From: Phoronis australis
Taxonomy: Eukaryota; Animalia; Phoronida
Length of the DNA: 64,000 nt
Assembly: GCA_002633005.1 (NCBI GenBank)
Contig: NMRA01000300.1
Coordinates: forward strand, 362,016-426,015
Reading direction: 5' to 3'
Shown here: one piece after another, positions 62,462 to 64,000 of the stretch
How the letters are laid out: every line of letters begins with the position of its first letter
Position numbering within the stretch: the first letter of the stretch is position 1
The notes under the pieces: generated by a model
Database searches by the model: none
Seen by the model: the letters and a program-made list of their open reading frames with translations, nothing else
Told to the model about the DNA's origin: nothing
Translations under genes and position numbers: made by a program

Positions 62462-64000
62462 GGATTTAACAGCGGAGCATCGACGCTGCGGTGCGGTTAT
62501 CATCGATTCCCGTTTCATCGAAGCTCATGACAGCGTTTTCCCGTTCAGTGACTTTACCAGACGTAAGGGGTTCTGAGCGTGTGATAACATCGAGCTTCTT
62601 TGTTAACTGCCAAGCACAGTCTTTTGTCTGTAATGACAACAAGCAGGCCACTTATCTACCAGGCTTATTACAGACCACGTGTGAACACAGTCAAACTCGA
62701 GTGAATTGGTGTATTCGGAAAGAATAGATTGTCGTAACTTCGGTTGCAGTTGGGCGATTTTGGCGATTCAAAAACTGAACATGATAACCATTTGACGAAA
62801 ATTTCAAAAATGCTATTGGTTTATGTTCAAATATGTTATAACATAACTTTTATTTTTAACAGCACAGCCCAGCCAGGGTAGATACGATCTTATTGGAGAT
62901 TAGAGCAGTTGTCGAACAAAAGAGTTGGCCCTCCAACCCGAAATGCTAGAATGGAGTTACTCAGTCGTGTAAGATATTGGCTACTGGGGTAAACTTCCCA
63001 ACTTGTTGTTGGGCTATAGAATCGAACAAGTGGGGAGCAACAGGAAAGCGCCGTAATATATCGCCAGGGTCCACTGCTATCGTCAACAGTTAAGGGCACT
63101 GTCGTCGCTAATAGCTCCTATACTTTGGTTTGAATAATCACCAATAGAATTAAGATTAAGTTTTATGTCAGTCAGCACACGCAAATGGTCTCTAATTAAC
63201 GCCTTGAAAAAATCTTAGCACCCTACCTTGCGATTGGTTCAATGACGACAGCGTCACCTACTGTTTACTTCGATGCCGTTGAATACCATAGCTGGTATGG
63301 ACGATTAACTTTGCAGTTGACATCGACACTCCGCAAGCAGTAGGATCTAATCGTAACACTTTGGCTATTTTCGTAGCCTCAAATTTACCCTCAGAGTTGA
63401 ACGTTTTTGCACGTGTGCGATCTTCAGTCAAGCAGAAAGTAAGGTGACTTTCAAACGGGAGTGACTGACCGCATGATTTAAGTCTGCACATGTGCAGATA
63501 AATGTGAGACTACAAAAATAGCCGTTCTTTATTCTAAAGGACCGTCTGCACAATTCCCGGGACCAAATCAGCGGCCAAGGACGAAACCATTGATGTCTTA
63601 GCTTTCTTGACTTTCTTTCTGTCTTAGTAACTATTGTCGTATGATAATTATTTTCTTTAGTTGTTACTTAAAGTGTCTCATGAGTTTTGAAATGCTAATC
63701 ATCAAAGCTCATCAGATAAAAGACATTGACCTCGCGCATGACATATATGTTCATCTAAAATTGCCTAAGCGCACCATGGTATTAACTTATCCACCTCCTG
63801 TACGTACGTGCATCATTCAATCGTTCACCGGCCACCTGTTGCAGTGCAAAGATAGTGACGTGAAATGAACCACTGGTGTCATCTGTTGGGTGCGACACTT
63901 GTTCGCAGCAAATTGAACAAGTTGAACCCGGGGGATATTTTGCAGAAGTTTTATCTTCAACAATTATTGACGTAGCCATAAGAAATAAGGCTATCTTGAT

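Overview
Eukaryotic genomic DNA from an invertebrate bilaterian, probably a lophotrochozoan (inferred from gene and repeat style). It is a draft assembly with N gaps. Five protein-coding genes can be reconstructed with GT-AG splice sites. (1) A 2-exon multi-pass membrane protein, 6079-7822 (+). (2) A 3-exon even-skipped/Evx homeobox gene, 14882-8309 (-), ending in the LFQPY motif. (3) A 4-exon secreted collagen/C1q-domain protein, 34083-41067 (+). (4) An intronless RING-Bbox-Bbox-coiled-coil-NHL (TRIM-NHL) gene, 44669-42633 (-). (5) A CD225/dispanin membrane protein, 55921-56487 (+). A tRNA-Val(AAC) lies at 27236-27308. Non-genic DNA is rich in mobile DNA. It includes a TTAA-flanked Kolobok-like element with a frameshifted THAP domain, and RTE, HERO-like and L2/Crack-like LINE fragments. 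It also includes a Penelope GIY-YIG fragment arranged as a ~300-bp inverted repeat and two minimal hammerhead-ribozyme-like motifs. The most striking pattern is a set of unrelated CA...TG-terminated MITE families that all show 5-bp target-site duplications. One of them is a 75-bp micro-MITE that appears to move both as a monomer and as a head-to-tail dimer. All calls come from manual reading; no database searches were run.
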